DNA of 64,000 bases from Adineta vaga. Its lineage: Eukaryota > Animalia > Rotifera. A program made the position numbers and the translations under genes. The notes below the pieces were generated by a model. The model saw nothing but the letters and a program-made list of their open reading frames with translations, was not told where the DNA came from and ran no database searches. Below, piece by piece: positions 12,402 through 24,954 of this stretch. The stretch spans positions 3,658,001-3,722,000 of the forward strand of contig CP075494.1 in the NCBI GenBank assembly GCA_021613535.1. The letters run 5' to 3'. How positions within the stretch are numbered: the stretch's first letter is position 1; each line of letters opens with the position of its first letter.

Positions 12402-14030
12402 ATGAATTTGGAAGAAGATATGAATCATCCTACGGAAACATTCGACGCAGTTATTATCGGCGGTGGATTTGCTGGTATATATATGTTATATGAATTACGT
12501 AAACGTGGCTATGAAGCAAAAGTATTTGAAGCAGCTGATGAAATTGGTGGTACTTGGCAATGGAATCGATATCCTGGTGCCCGATGTGATGTTGAAAGTA
12601 TGCAATATTCATATTCATTTAGTGATGAATTACAACAAGAATGGCATTGGACAGAACGATGTGCTCCACAATCGGAAATACTTCGTTATTTAAATCATGT
12701 TGTTAATAAATTTGATTTATACAAAGATATTCAATTAGAAACACGTGTCACCAATCTCGTTTATAATGAAGATTTATCACAATGGACAATAGAAACAAAT
12801 CATAATGAACGAATCATAGCAAAATTTTGTATTATGGCAACGGGGTGCCTTTCAATTCCTAAAGATCCTCGAATAAAAGGACTCGAACAATTCGAAGGCA
12901 ATGTTTATAGTACAGGTAAATGGCCAAAAACAACTGTTGACTTTTCTGAACGTCGTGTTGCTGTTATTGGTACTGGATCATCAGGTGCACAATGTATTCC
13001 CATGGTAGCTAAACAAGCGTCTCATCTCTATGTTATTCAACGCACACCTAATTATGTTATTTCAGCAACAACAAAATCAATTGATAATGAATATGAAAAG
13101 GATTGGAAATCAAATTATAATCAACGTCGACGTTATATTTTAGAATCACAAGGTGGTATGTTTCTTGATGATGATAATGATTCATCAATTATGAATATGA
13201 CCGATAAAGAACGGTTCGAAGCAGGATGGAAAAAAGGTGGTTTTTCATTCTATACGGCATTCAAAGGTCGATTAAATGATAAGGATATTAGTCATGTCAT
13301 TTCAGATTGTTTTCATGATAAAATATGTGAAATTGTCAAAGATCAAGATGTTGCTCAAGCTTTAGCTCCATACGATCATTTATTTGGTAGTAAACGTCCC
13401 TGTGTATCCGCACAATATTATGAAACATTCAATCGTGATAATGTCACACTTGTTGATATACGGAGCAGAACTATTGATCAAATCACACCAACGGGTATAC
13501 AAATCGATGATGAACATATCGAAGTCGATGATATTATACTTGCAACTGGATTTGATGCGATTACTGGAGCTATACTTAATATTGATATTCATGGTCGTGA
13601 TGATAAAGTACTTCGAGACAAATGGATTGTAAGGCCACGAACATTACTTGGCATGATGATTGCTGGTTTTCCTAATCTTTTTACTATCACGGGTCCTGGT
13701 AGTCCAATTGATTTGAGTAATATGATTCCTCATATTGAAGAAAATGTCAAATGGATTATGAAATCTATTGATTATCTCAAGATGAATCATCTCGATAGTA
13801 TCGAACCGACTATTGATGCACAAAATTTTTGGATGGACCATGTAGATATGGTAGCACGTCTGACAACTGGAATCACCGATAATCCTCGATATAATCGTTC
13901 AAGTATTCCGGAAAAACCCGGTGTTGCCATACGTTATACTGGTGGTCTTCAAAATTATTTGAAGATGTGCGAACAAGTGACTCTAAATGATGGTTACGAG
14001 AAGTTTTTCTTACTTAAATCATCTTCATAA
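12402..14030 (+). CDS. Type I Baeyer-Villiger monooxygenase (cyclohexanone/phenylacetone monooxygenase-like)
   Basis: GGGFAG, GGTWQWNRYPGARCD, FEGNVYSTGKWP, VIGTGSSG, KRP and ATGF motifs; intronless, 542 aa. Confidence 0.95.
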   Translation: MNLEEDMNHPTETFDAVIIGGGFAGIYMLYELRKRGYEAKVFEAADEIGGTWQWNRYPGARCDVESMQYSYSFSDELQQEWHWTERCAPQSEILRYLNHVVNKFDLYKDIQLETRVTNLVYNEDLSQWTIETNHNERIIAKFCIMATGCLSIPKDPRIKGLEQFEGNVYSTGKWPKTTVDFSERRVAVIGTGSSGAQCIPMVAKQASHLYVIQRTPNYVISATTKSIDNEYEKDWKSNYNQRRRYILESQGGMFLDDDNDSSIMNMTDKERFEAGWKKGGFSFYTAFKGRLNDKDISHVISDCFHDKICEIVKDQDVAQALAPYDHLFGSKRPCVSAQYYETFNRDNVTLVDIRSRTIDQITPTGIQIDDEHIEVDDIILATGFDAITGAILNIDIHGRDDKVLRDKWIVRPRTLLGMMIAGFPNLFTITGPGSPIDLSNMIPHIEENVKWIMKSIDYLKMNHLDSIEPTIDAQNFWMDHVDMVARLTTGITDNPRYNRSSIPEKPGVAIRYTGGLQNYLKMCEQVTLNDGYEKFFLLKSSS

Positions 14031-14274
14031 TCTTTTTCTTTTCAGTCAAGTGAACTCGATTTTTTTACTCGTTTATGCTTTTACAAATAATATTTATTTT
14101 GAAAGTTGTTATAGATTGTATCGTTTATTGAAAGTTTTGTATTTATTGTTGATGTTATTATTTAGCAATAAAATCAGAGTTTTGTTTTTGCATTCAAAAA
14201 AAAAGACAATTAGTTTTATTCTGAAAAGTAAAGTACTTAAAATGAAAAGAATGTCAAAAGAAAGGTCACATCAA

Positions 14275-15613
14275 TGATGATTGTTCTGTCTATATAATCC
14301 ATATTGTTTTCGTCTAGAAAGAAAAAAATTTAACTATATTTTGAAGATATAGAAAAAATACTTTGTTTAATCTATACCTGAATGAATTTGCTGAATAGAA
14401 AGTCAAATATCATGGATGATTTTCTCTAGATATATAATTTTCAAAGAACCATTGTCGTTGAGTCCAAAATGATGATTGAAATTGTTCCATCCAAGTGTCA
14501 AATCGTTTCGAAACTGCTGGATCATATGATGTACATGAATAAAAAATACCAATATCGAATATTCGTAAGTATGACAGATGAGATTTGATTAATTCTTCCC
14601 AGAATTTCCCATTCAACAATGACACAGTTTTCTCTGTGGAAATATGTAAAACTTGAACATAATTAAATAGATTTTTCATCATCGATTCCAAATATTCAAG
14701 TGGAACTAAATTTATCTTCAAAGAAAGATGTGTTAATCTATTTAACATCAATGGAGATAAGTCTATTGACGTATATTGAGATACATCATCGCACTGAATT
14801 GATAAACGACGAAGTTGAGGAGTATACGATAAAATAGCATGAATCTCGGTAGTTGTCAAACAATGTTCAATAACAAGAGATTCAATAGGACTGAATTTGA
14901 TAGTGGCTAGAGGTAATGGTTTATAGTGACGAGTCGATTGACTAGAGAATTGACAATATTTCAATTGAGGTAAACGAAGAAGACATTGATAAATTATTTT
15001 ATTATCTACATTTCGATCGCAACAATCAATTGTCAACGAAATTAAACAAGGCACATGATTTAGTCGAAGAAAAACTGATCCAATATATAAGGATTCAATA
15101 TTGAAAAAAATCACATTTTCTAACCGAGTAAATTGTGACCAAATGGAAATGGGTGAATGAGCGATGATACTAACAGATGGTTTTGTTAATCGAAGTGATT
15201 GAATTCGATATTGATTAAGTAAAGTGATATTCTGCCAATGACGTTGAAAGATTAGTGATGATTCGAATGAAAGATTTAATTTGATAGGAATAGTTGAACT
15301 ATTAACAAGAGTTTGAAAACGAATATTTAAGTCAGAACAAATATTGTGCACATCGAGAAAATCTAGATAATCAAAAATTTCATAGAGAACATCATTGGAA
15401 AGATGTTCAAAACGAGTGAAACTGAAAGAAAATCAAATTAGAATATCCCTCGATTATATTGTGAAAATGGCACCTGTGTGAATCAATTATTCCTAAGATT
15501 ATGAATAAATCAATTTACAAAAGATCGAATTAATAGAATTTTTTACTTGACATTTTTTCTCTTTTATTATTGACAAGAATGTCATCTTCATTTTTCCGTT
15601 TTGTTTGTTCCAT
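14275..15613 (-). CDS. F-box / LRR-like protein, 3' end apparently frameshifted or truncated
   Basis: F-box RFEHLSNDVLYEIFDYLD reached via a 19-nt micro-exon; LRR-like repeats; FQSSFWTQRQWFF; frame break near 14405. Confidence 0.7.
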
Positions 15614-16044
15614 TAAAATATTTAATACTATATGTAGAAACAAAACACGTTTTATTATGGTATACCCATGAATGATGAAATAACCACTCGTATACATCTT
15701 TGATGAGAGAAAAGGAAAAATACGATATTTATCATGACTCATGTATTTTTTCTTCTTCTTATATGACCAATTTTACTTGATTGTCATTCGTTCGAATGGT
15801 TGTATATATGACGTGGAGGATATTTTCTTTTTCGTGAAACATGGTGAAAAAAAACAAAGATGTTGTGAAATTTTATGGATGGAGAAGTGGATTCATTTCC
15901 TAATCTCCGGTCATCAGTACTAGAAAATATTCTTTGAACAAATCGCAAAGATTCTAAAATTTTTTTATTAATAAAATCATATCAGATATTAACAAAACAT
16001 CAGAAAAATTCAAAATGAAACAGACAACTAGTTGTCCATTATAT

Positions 16045-16089
16045 CTTGAGGGTGTGGGTGTGGGTGGTCTCTTCACCCACACCCTCAAG
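16045..16089. repeat. Perfect 16-bp inverted repeat of telomere-like units (hairpin element)
   Basis: cttgagggtgtgggtg (16045-16060), 13-nt loop, cacccacaccctcaag (16074-16089). Confidence 0.9.
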
Positions 16090-16096
16090 CTCATTT

Positions 16097-17161
16097 TCAA
16101 GTTGTTTTAGGCGGTGAGAAATATTTATCTAGACGTGTCCAAGTATTCAAGCCTATTTTAATACCATTTTTACCAGGCGGACGACCAGCATGGTATGTCA
16201 AATGATCAACTTGTCCATATTCATCCATATTATACCAAAAGATAGTATTACCTGGTATAGGACGAAAACGAATGCCGAATTCATGTGATTTTTCATCACA
16301 AATTAATATATCACAAAATCGCTCATGAAGCGTTTTATTGTATTGAATAGGAAGGAATTCAGTTTCACCCATGGAACAGTTTGATTGCAAATAAGTAAAA
16401 AATGTTGTCACACGTTGACCACCGTTCTTTATAACATCCGGATTTTCAAGCCAATCGTAGTGAGGTTTATACTACAATGGTAAATATAAACATTATAATG
16501 ATTTGCAAATCTATTGAACTTGTTTCATACCTGTTGATCGGATGTATATTTCACTACTTGTAAAGGTTCAAGACATTCTACATCAACATCACCTTGAAAT
16601 TGTGCAAATCGTCGTTCAAGACACTCTATAATTGGTGTCTGATGTCGACGGAGAAAAGCTGAACTTGATGTTCGATGGTCGTCAATCGAAATACCTCCGC
16701 TCATCTTAAAGGTCATTGAACGTTTCAACAGTGGTTTCCTAGAACATAAAAAATTATATAAATACACGATAATATTAAGTATTTATCACTGACGTCAATT
16801 CGATTAAATATTGAATTTCATTTTCGGTGAGAAACTGTTCGATGTAGATAATTAACGGACTTCGTTCAATGATTCGAGTATTATATCGATGATGAGGACA
16901 TTGATATTTGTATTGAGATAGATCGTAATTATTCTTTACGTCAGGTATTTTACAAATTTCCTTACAGGAATCTGACTGTATAGGTTGTTCTACTTCCTGT
17001 TGGACGTAGGATTGAAGATCGGTCAGATATTCAATGAGAACATTGAGAACAAAATGTATTGTTTGAGAAATTGTTCTCTGAGATCGATAAACACTTAGAA
17101 GACAGCTGAAGACGATAAATGCAAGAATAAATATACGAAAAAGTACAGTTCTGAGAGACAT
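16097..17161 (-). CDS. Prolyl 4-hydroxylase-like 2OG-Fe(II) oxygenase, 3 exons
   Basis: N-terminal TM; PLIIYIEQFLT, RTSSSAFL, LEPLQVVKY, YKPHYD (HxD), GETEF, HAG...K. Confidence 0.9.
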
Positions 17162-17620
17162 TGTAACCTTGTCGAACACATTTACATCTCTATATTATTT
17201 GCTTTATGGAAGTATTGTAATCGCTATTGTTTGTTACACTTGATGTCTGTGCTTTAGCCACACTAGTTGCTCAATCTAAATAAGCAAAAATATAATTTCG
17301 AATCTTCAAAGTAATCGACAAACAAAATTGATTTATAGAAACAGAAATGGAAGCTATTGTTGATTCATCCATTATTGATGCAGGAACGTACAAAGATTGT
17401 CGCAGCAACGTCATTTCAAATCAATAAAGAGAACATCAGTGAAATCTATCGAGATTTATATTTATAGAAGAGGCTGTGAGTGCAATTATAATGGTAGGAG
17501 TATTTAAGTAAAAGAAAATCGATTTCATATGTACATTTGTGAATATGAATGTTTTTCTCATTTTTAGTCACAGTTAAACGCTTACTGTTACTCTCATACT
17601 TAGATCTACAAACAGTTTAT

Positions 17621-18568
17621 TTATTGAGTTTTCCCTGATGGCTCATCACAATATCCATTAGAGTTTTGTAATTCTGTCACAGTGCTTCTTTCTCTTCTGA
17701 CGACAATGTATCCAACGACCGCTGTAAATATCACAACTAGCGTATTCCATACGATACTTGATGAGTCTGAACTATGTATTGCTATTAAAAGTATCCAGAA
17801 ATTGAAATTTCCATGGAGGAACATCGACCATTTCAATATGTTCCATAATGATAATGATTGCTTGAATATATCTCTACGAATCATTCGTAAACTAATCAAG
17901 TAACCACATAAACAATGAATAGGAATAGATAGAAATATCCTTGTTAGTGCAGAATAAAATAAGTCCAATATCGTTGAATCCGGATGTAATCCTGCAGATA
18001 TTTGATAAGCTAAATTTTCCATAGTAGAAAAACTCAACGATGCAGTAATTACATAGAGTTGATAATTTGTACATATGTTTCTTTTCATTCGATTAACCAT
18101 TTGATATTTCAAAAGTTCTTCTAATCCAGCTGCCATAAGAAATGCCAATAGAAATAGAAATAAATAGAAACCGAAGTTTTTATCCACCTGAAGATTTTTA
18201 ATGTCTTTATATGATTTAAAATCGGAACTCTGAGTTTGTTGATATAATTCAAAGAATTTTTCCGAATCAAAACAAATCATTCCAATAATAGTTACTAAAA
18301 CAGACTGAACTGCCATTACGATTATCATACCGATAGAGTTCGATAACACATAAATATTTGCTATTGATTCAAAATCGATATCTCGATAATTTTTCTTCCA
18401 GTAATAATAAATTATACCGAGAGGGACATAGAAAAACGGCAGAAATAAAAATGCTTTCCAGCTTATAATTAATATAATCGATAAACATGGGACATTTAAA
18501 ATTTAATAATATCTTAATAGAATTGGCAAGGCAGACCATTTTGAAGGTATTGACCAAGAATTCATCAT
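17621..18568 (-). pseudogene. PrsW-family intramembrane glutamic/metalloprotease, in-frame TAA at 18503-18505
   Basis: Motifs AGLEELLK, FSTMENL, PIHCL, FLHGNFN; multiple TMs. The frame extends to ATG 18568 with a single stop. Confidence 0.8.
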
Positions 18569-19463
18569 AGCGATAGAATAGTTCCATTTTCGTTTTATAT
18601 CTATGTGTGATTCATCACACAATTCATTCACCAATGACATCGCAGAATATGCATTTGAGACAAATATTCATTTACACAAAAATGTCGCGAGTTGACGCTG
18701 ATATCCTTTACAAAAACTCAACTTAAACATATATGTGTATAAGTGTTGATCCGATTGATTCCTTCTTGAAAAAACCTACTGGTTAGAATATTTATCAATG
18801 GTAATTACATTTGAATGGAATTAATTGTCTTTCTATTTTGAATAATATTGTTAATGAAATGGGAAAAACGCGTTTTTTTCATAGGAAAAAGTTGACCTCT
18901 ACAGATTATATTATGCGAGAGCAAATGAATCCAATTTGGATTGTGTTCTTTAACAGCACGTGCTTTTGACAAAAACGCATTAGATTTTATAATTATTCCG
19001 TATATAGAAAAATTGTATAGTGCTCATTTCGAAAATATGTTGATTATCTAGAAGAGGATTAACTCTACAGAAAAATGTCAATCATTGCAAATTTTATAAG
19101 CTCTTTTCTTAGAAGTATTAAATTATAGTCTTCGGATTTGTCATCCTGAAACCCTCATTTCTGTTTTGATATATTTAAAAATAAACTTATATTTAATTAT
19201 ATAATCGTAAGAAAAATTTGAATCATTCATATATATATAGAGTAAATTCTTTTTTTATTTCATTAATAACATACAGTTATTATTTTCTTTCTTTAAACAA
19301 ATGTGTTCATGATATGAGACAAAAAACGAGAGCTAAAACGGAATGTATATATTTTAGAGATAGATGAGAGTAATTGGTATACATCTCACATCGTCATAAA
19401 AAATAACAAGAATTTTTATGAACAAAAAAAAATAATAAAAGCTTTCAAGTTTTTCGTGTTAGA

Positions 19464-20434
19464 TTATATCTCTGAATGATTAATTAATGATTTTCTCCTA
19501 CTCATTTTCTTAGTTTTTCTATTTCTCTTCTGGACTACACAACAAAAACACTTAAAAAATGCATTTCTAAATGGTATATTCAGCCAAAGTACAGATATTT
19601 TTTCTATTGCGATCGCTAATGGTACTGATACTAATGTTAATATAAAGAAATGAATCGATTGAATTCGTTTTGGTGCCATAAGACAAATATATATGACTGA
19701 TGGTGTCCACCGAACGTAAAAATAGCAACGAAAATAAGAATATTGTTAAGCAATTTTACTTCACGTACAGGACTTGAATGACGTGGTTTGGACGGAGATG
19801 AATAATAATTTACTCGATAAACAATTGTTATATATATTAAAATAATGCTTGATGCTGGTATTAGATATTCCGTTGAATAGAGATAATATAGATGAAGTGT
19901 ATGATTCAAATCAATGGTACAGAAGATACTTGGTCGATAAATAACATCTTTATTTTTTAATAAAATGGTCATCGGTGTTAAGAATCCAACACACCATTGA
20001 ATAACTATTAAGAGATAATGAAAATTCCATGTTAATAGATAGCGATGATAACTATATAATACAGAATAAAACAGACGACTAAGAGCTTGAAGAAGAAATG
20101 ATGAACTGAGTAAAGTTGTTGAAACAGCTGTCAGATAAGCACGAATAATACAAAATAATCGACTATCTTTTCCGTTCGGACGAATTGGTGTAATAACAAC
20201 CATAAATATTTGAAGAAATATTGTAAATGAATAGAACAAACTGATGACACATGTATTGCAGATCAAAAGATTCGAAAATGTTTTTAATTTTTGAACAGTC
20301 AATGTTAGATGAAAGATGACGATAGATACCGATAGAACAATTAAGAAGGATGCCGCATAAACTGAACAGATGAGAATAGTTGAAAAGATTGAAGGAGCCG
20401 TTTCCGTGCTGTTGTATGGACTATAGATAAACAT
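19464..20434 (-). pseudogene. Divergent rhodopsin-like GPCR, 1-nt frameshift near 19706
   Basis: TM1-5 with SNLLICNTC, FC..RAYL, QALSRL, YLIP. TM6 end, TM7 and helix 8 (LWLNIPFR) are in the next frame. Confidence 0.75.
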
Positions 20435-21567
20435 TATCTGTGTTTCATGTAATTTGTTTCTCTTTATAGTAATGATGAAATATAAAAAATAACAATCAAT
20501 CGTCTGTTGAATTATATTTCATAGTTTCTACCTAGCATGCAAACAATAATAAATAAGAGGAGTAATAACTCTTTTTTTTTCTCCTTTCTTTCGTTTTCTT
20601 CTGTAGAGACATATGGTATACATGTTGTAGACATTATCTTCTTGTGATCAGAAAGAAAGATGATACGCATCTCGCTCTCTCTCTCTCTCTTCTCTAGTTC
20701 TCTTGCCGCCGTTTTTTGTTTCTTCCTCCTTATATAGTTCTTTTATCATTTTTACTCTAATTAAAGAGAAAAGGGTAGTCTGTTTTCAATGGAAAATCGC
20801 GTGTGAATGACAAGTAGATGTTAATGAAAAAATAGAGAGAATGATAACGCTAGAAAGATTTCCATACATTTATCACAGAAAAGGAAAATTTGATACATGT
20901 AATCAGCGTACATTTATAAAAGAAACAGAAACTAATCATATAGAATATATCTTAACCAGAAGGAAACAATTCAGTATACGATGCATTTCGATATATTGCA
21001 CATAGTCTTTACACAGAACAATGATCGGAATGCTAATTTAAAGAAGATGAGATGCGGATTAGCATGTGACAGTTGTTTAAAGATCTCCTTCCTCTAACAT
21101 TTCCTCACAGCTATCGTCATTTTGTAGAAACAAAACTCAAGTGTCTGAATATTACAATATTTCTTGTATCGAATAAAACTCAATAGGATTTATGATATTT
21201 GCTTAACAATTGTTGGTAATTTTCAACAAAGTTCTCATTTAGTCGGAACTTTTGTTGGTTTTCTTCTCGGTATTTTTATCATTGTCTTTTCTCGAAATGC
21301 ACCTATGATCGATAAACTACTAATCAATCAAACGAATGTAACAAACATTTAATTTTTCCTTTTCATAAACAACAAAACACATTTCGAATTCTTTGTGTTT
21401 TTGTTTGATGAATAAGACGAACAGAATTTTTTCACTCCTATTGTAAAAAAAAAGAAGAAGAAGAAGAAAAGGTAACTTGTATTTTGCTTCAAATACATTT
21501 TTGGAAAGAAGAAAAATACGAAAACAACAAAATAATCTTTCTGAAAAAAGATTAGATCGAATAAATC

Positions 21568-22464
21568 ATGTCCACATCGTCTAGTAAGATCGATATTTTC
21601 AGTCACAATAGAAAACTTTCTATATCTTTTCCAAAGATATCACTTGCAATGGTTGTAATGCATTGGAATTTTCCAATGTTCGTTATAAATGTCAAGTATG
21701 TCCGAATTATAATTTATGTTCAAAGTGTTATAATAATAAAACACAAACATTAAATCATTTAATATCACATACAGTGTTACGAATAGAACTACCATCATCA
21801 ACGATGAATAAAGATTTACTCGCAAAACAACATGTAGATCAAATGAATCATCTTGAAGAAACATATTTATCGAGTAAAATTATCGAGAAAAGATCTTTGT
21901 TTGTATTTAGAAAGACTTGTTTTAGAAATGATGTCGAATTTATCAACGACGAAAATGGAAACTAAATCAATTTCATCATCGAATGAAAGAACTCATAGAT
22001 TATCAGTTGATGAATTATATGAATATTTAATTCAATATGATTTAAATTTAAAGTCTTTAGCAGAAAAATTTAGAAAAGAACGTGTTTCAGGAAATGATTT
22101 AATCAATTTGGATGAGAATGATTACAAAAGTTTTGATATTACATATGGAGAAAAGAAAAAACTTCAAGTTTTAATTGAACAAAAACAATCCAATGTATTA
22201 TCACAAGAATTAACACAAATGCAAAATGAAATAACTCAATTAAAATCACTTGTAAAGAAACAAGAAGAAGAAATGGGAGAAAAAATGAAATCAATTCAAC
22301 AATTGGAAGATATTGTGGAAAAACAAGAACAACAAACACAAATTCAAAATGAAATTATTAAACAATTACAAGAAGCTGTTGAACAGCAAAATCAGGAGAA
22401 AGAAATATTAATGGAATTAGTAAAACAACAACGTTCGTTCATTTCATCTTCACAACATTCTTAA
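21568..22464 (+). CDS. ZZ zinc finger + SAM domain + coiled-coil protein, 3 exons
   Basis: ITCNGC...RYKCQVCPNYNLCSKC...H...H (ZZ); LSVDELYEYL...KFRKERVSGNDLINLDENDYKSFDITYGEKKKL (SAM); Q/E-rich heptads. Confidence 0.85.
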
Positions 22465-23029
22465 TTATTTTCGATTTTTATGCTACATAGATCTTGAAAA
22501 AAGAAAGTATTTGAGAGAATATAAGAGTTTTCATACTTTATAACTAAAGCAAATGAAAGAGAGATTTTTCTGTGCAATTTCTTACTAAACAAAATTGATT
22601 AGGTCAATACTATTGTGATCTTTTTGAACGTTTGATAACAGCAAGTTTATGTATTGTAAAAAAACAGTCAATTTTATCAGCAAATCGTCAATATCCTTTT
22701 TGGAAAGAATGGGATCAATTCGAATTTGATAAACGATGGTTAGATTTGTATTAATCCGTAAGAAAGATTAAATGCCAATTAGGGTCATTCAATATAAAAG
22801 AAATAGGCGAAAGAATTAAGGCATGAAGTGTATGTGTTTATATTAATTTCGTTCGATTCGGAACCCTCATAAGACAAGTTTTATTATTATCAGAAATGGC
22901 AAATTCAGGATCATACTCTGTAGAACAAATTAAACTTTCAAAATTATCCTTTTTCTTGATTAAAAAAAAAAAACAGAATATTAAATCTTGAAAAATAAAT
23001 CGATGAGTCAATCACTTTCTCGACAATGT

Positions 23030-23996
23030 TTATTTCGCACCACTTTTCTTACCATCTTTTTCTAGATAAAGAAACCATAAGTGTATTCTTTGAGATGGAA
23101 GAAAATATTTACCTGATTCAACAACTGCCGATGTACGAAGTTTTTTAACCTGTTCCAATAAAGCTTCTTCTTCCTTTTTTCCAGCTAAACGCCACCACCA
23201 TTTCGAATTTTTACGATAATCCTGTAACATTTTACATAGCTCTGAAAATTCTACATCCGGCATTTTTAACATTGCAGCATGTGGATAAAATGCTGTTGCA
23301 TCCGCTTTAACAACATTTTCAAATATACGTTTTCGGCTATAACGTATTTTTGTTTCTAAATAACTAATTAATTCCTGGATTAGTATCACACTCTGAAATA
23401 TTTGGAAATGATGTATATGTAACATTTTTTACTTCTTTGACCATTGCCAAATCACTATGTACTTTTAATTCGTCCCAAAATGCACTAATTGTTTCATTAT
23501 TAAGTATATCACAGAATGTAAGACAGATAACAAAATTATCCGGATGTGCACCAACCATTTTGAAAAAATTATATAAAATATTTAAATCTTCACTCATTTT
23601 AGCACGAAGACGATCCATTTTGAAACAGAAGACAACTTTGTGTATCTTTGCTAGATCAGTTTGTGTTGCATCAACAATTTGTCTCAAGATGGTTGGTACA
23701 TCAACATCGGGATCACCTAAACCAACTGTATCAAATAGATTAACAATGTATTCAGCATTTTTATTATCTGGTGAGTGATCTTTTATTTTATTATCACCAT
23801 ATAGAGCCAAATTTTTTGTTACTGAACAAATTGACATTTTAGATATGGGACTATCATGATCTGGAGAAATGATTGATTTTATAATTGAACTTTTACCAGA
23901 TCCAGTAAGACCAGCTATTAATATGTTTCTTGATTTAGCTTTGGTAATTGAGAGATCACTTGGATCATCTTCATAATCATTGAATACAAGAGACAT
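23030..23996 (-). pseudogene. AIG1/GIMAP-like P-loop GTPase, +1 frameshift near 23376
   Basis: G1 GLTGSGKS, G2 SVT, G3 DTVG, G4-like LTFCD. Removing one base in ccaggaa joins the two ORFs (DTNP-ELISYLE). Confidence 0.8.
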
Positions 23997-24611
23997 TCTT
24001 AACTATAAAAAGAAATAGATATACTATATATATATATCGAACTAAAAAGATCATCAACATGTTAGGAACATGAGAAAAACGTATCGAGCAGGTAAAATAT
24101 ATGACTGCGTCTATGAATTCAACACTGCTAATAAAAACTATATCAAATTCAAGGTCGCAAAAATACGTACATAAGCAACAACAATTCAAAGAATCAATAT
24201 GCAGGAAAAATGAATGATTTCTCCGTTCTTCATCTACATAATCAAGCAAAAGTAAGAAACGAAAAAATGAATGATTTTATGTGTAAAAACACGCATTATC
24301 AGATATTTACTTTGTCATGACAACCAAGTTTGAAAGGCTTATTATTCATTAGCATATCTTTCTTCTTTAAAAAAAAAGCCAAGTATGAAAAATAGTTGTA
24401 TGACGAACAATCGATTTTTGAAAATCTTTTTTTTATAAAACTTTGATGGTAGTATTTATATAATAAATGTTAACATTGTCGGAATAAATGTATTAAAATA
24501 TCCTGTAAGAAGTAACTATAAGAATAACTAGAGAAACTGTAGAGCGATAAATTAATGTTGATGGTGTCGAAATTGTTTGCTCAAAACTTCGCTATAAATT
24601 CGATTTCTTCA

Positions 24612-24662
24612 AGGGTGGGTGTGAGTGAGGATATGGGTGTCTTCTCTTGCTGCCCACACCCT
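24612..24662. repeat. Degenerate telomere-like hairpin element
   Basis: agggtgggtgtgagtgagg ... cccacaccct. Confidence 0.55.
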
Positions 24663-24887
24663 ATCATGAAATTTGACAGAGACATTGATCAAACAAAGAT
24701 CAAAAGTAGCTCAAATGGCAAAAAAATTTCTTTCCCAGTTCGAAGTATATGTTTAGTTTTTTGTTTGTTTGTGAGAGTATGCCAGAATGCAGTGCCTCTC
24801 AGAGTCCGTTTTCTAAAATTCTAATTTTTTAAGCGGAGAGAAGTGATCATATAACTTTAATAACTTGAAAAGCTCTCTAAAATGGGT

Positions 24888-24940
24888 ATCTTGAGGGTGT
24901 GGGTGTGTCTCATTTTCACCTACACCCTCACCTTCAAGAT
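24888..24940. repeat. Telomere-like hairpin element
   Basis: tgagggtgtgggtg (24892-24905) pairs with cacctacaccctca (24917-24930) at 13/14; outer ends atcttga/tcaagat. Confidence 0.85.
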
Positions 24941-24954
24941 GTGATTTGACACAT

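Noticed and set aside
15885-15920. Minus-strand CTGATGA...GAAA hammerhead-like match
   Set aside because: Stems cannot be formed convincingly.
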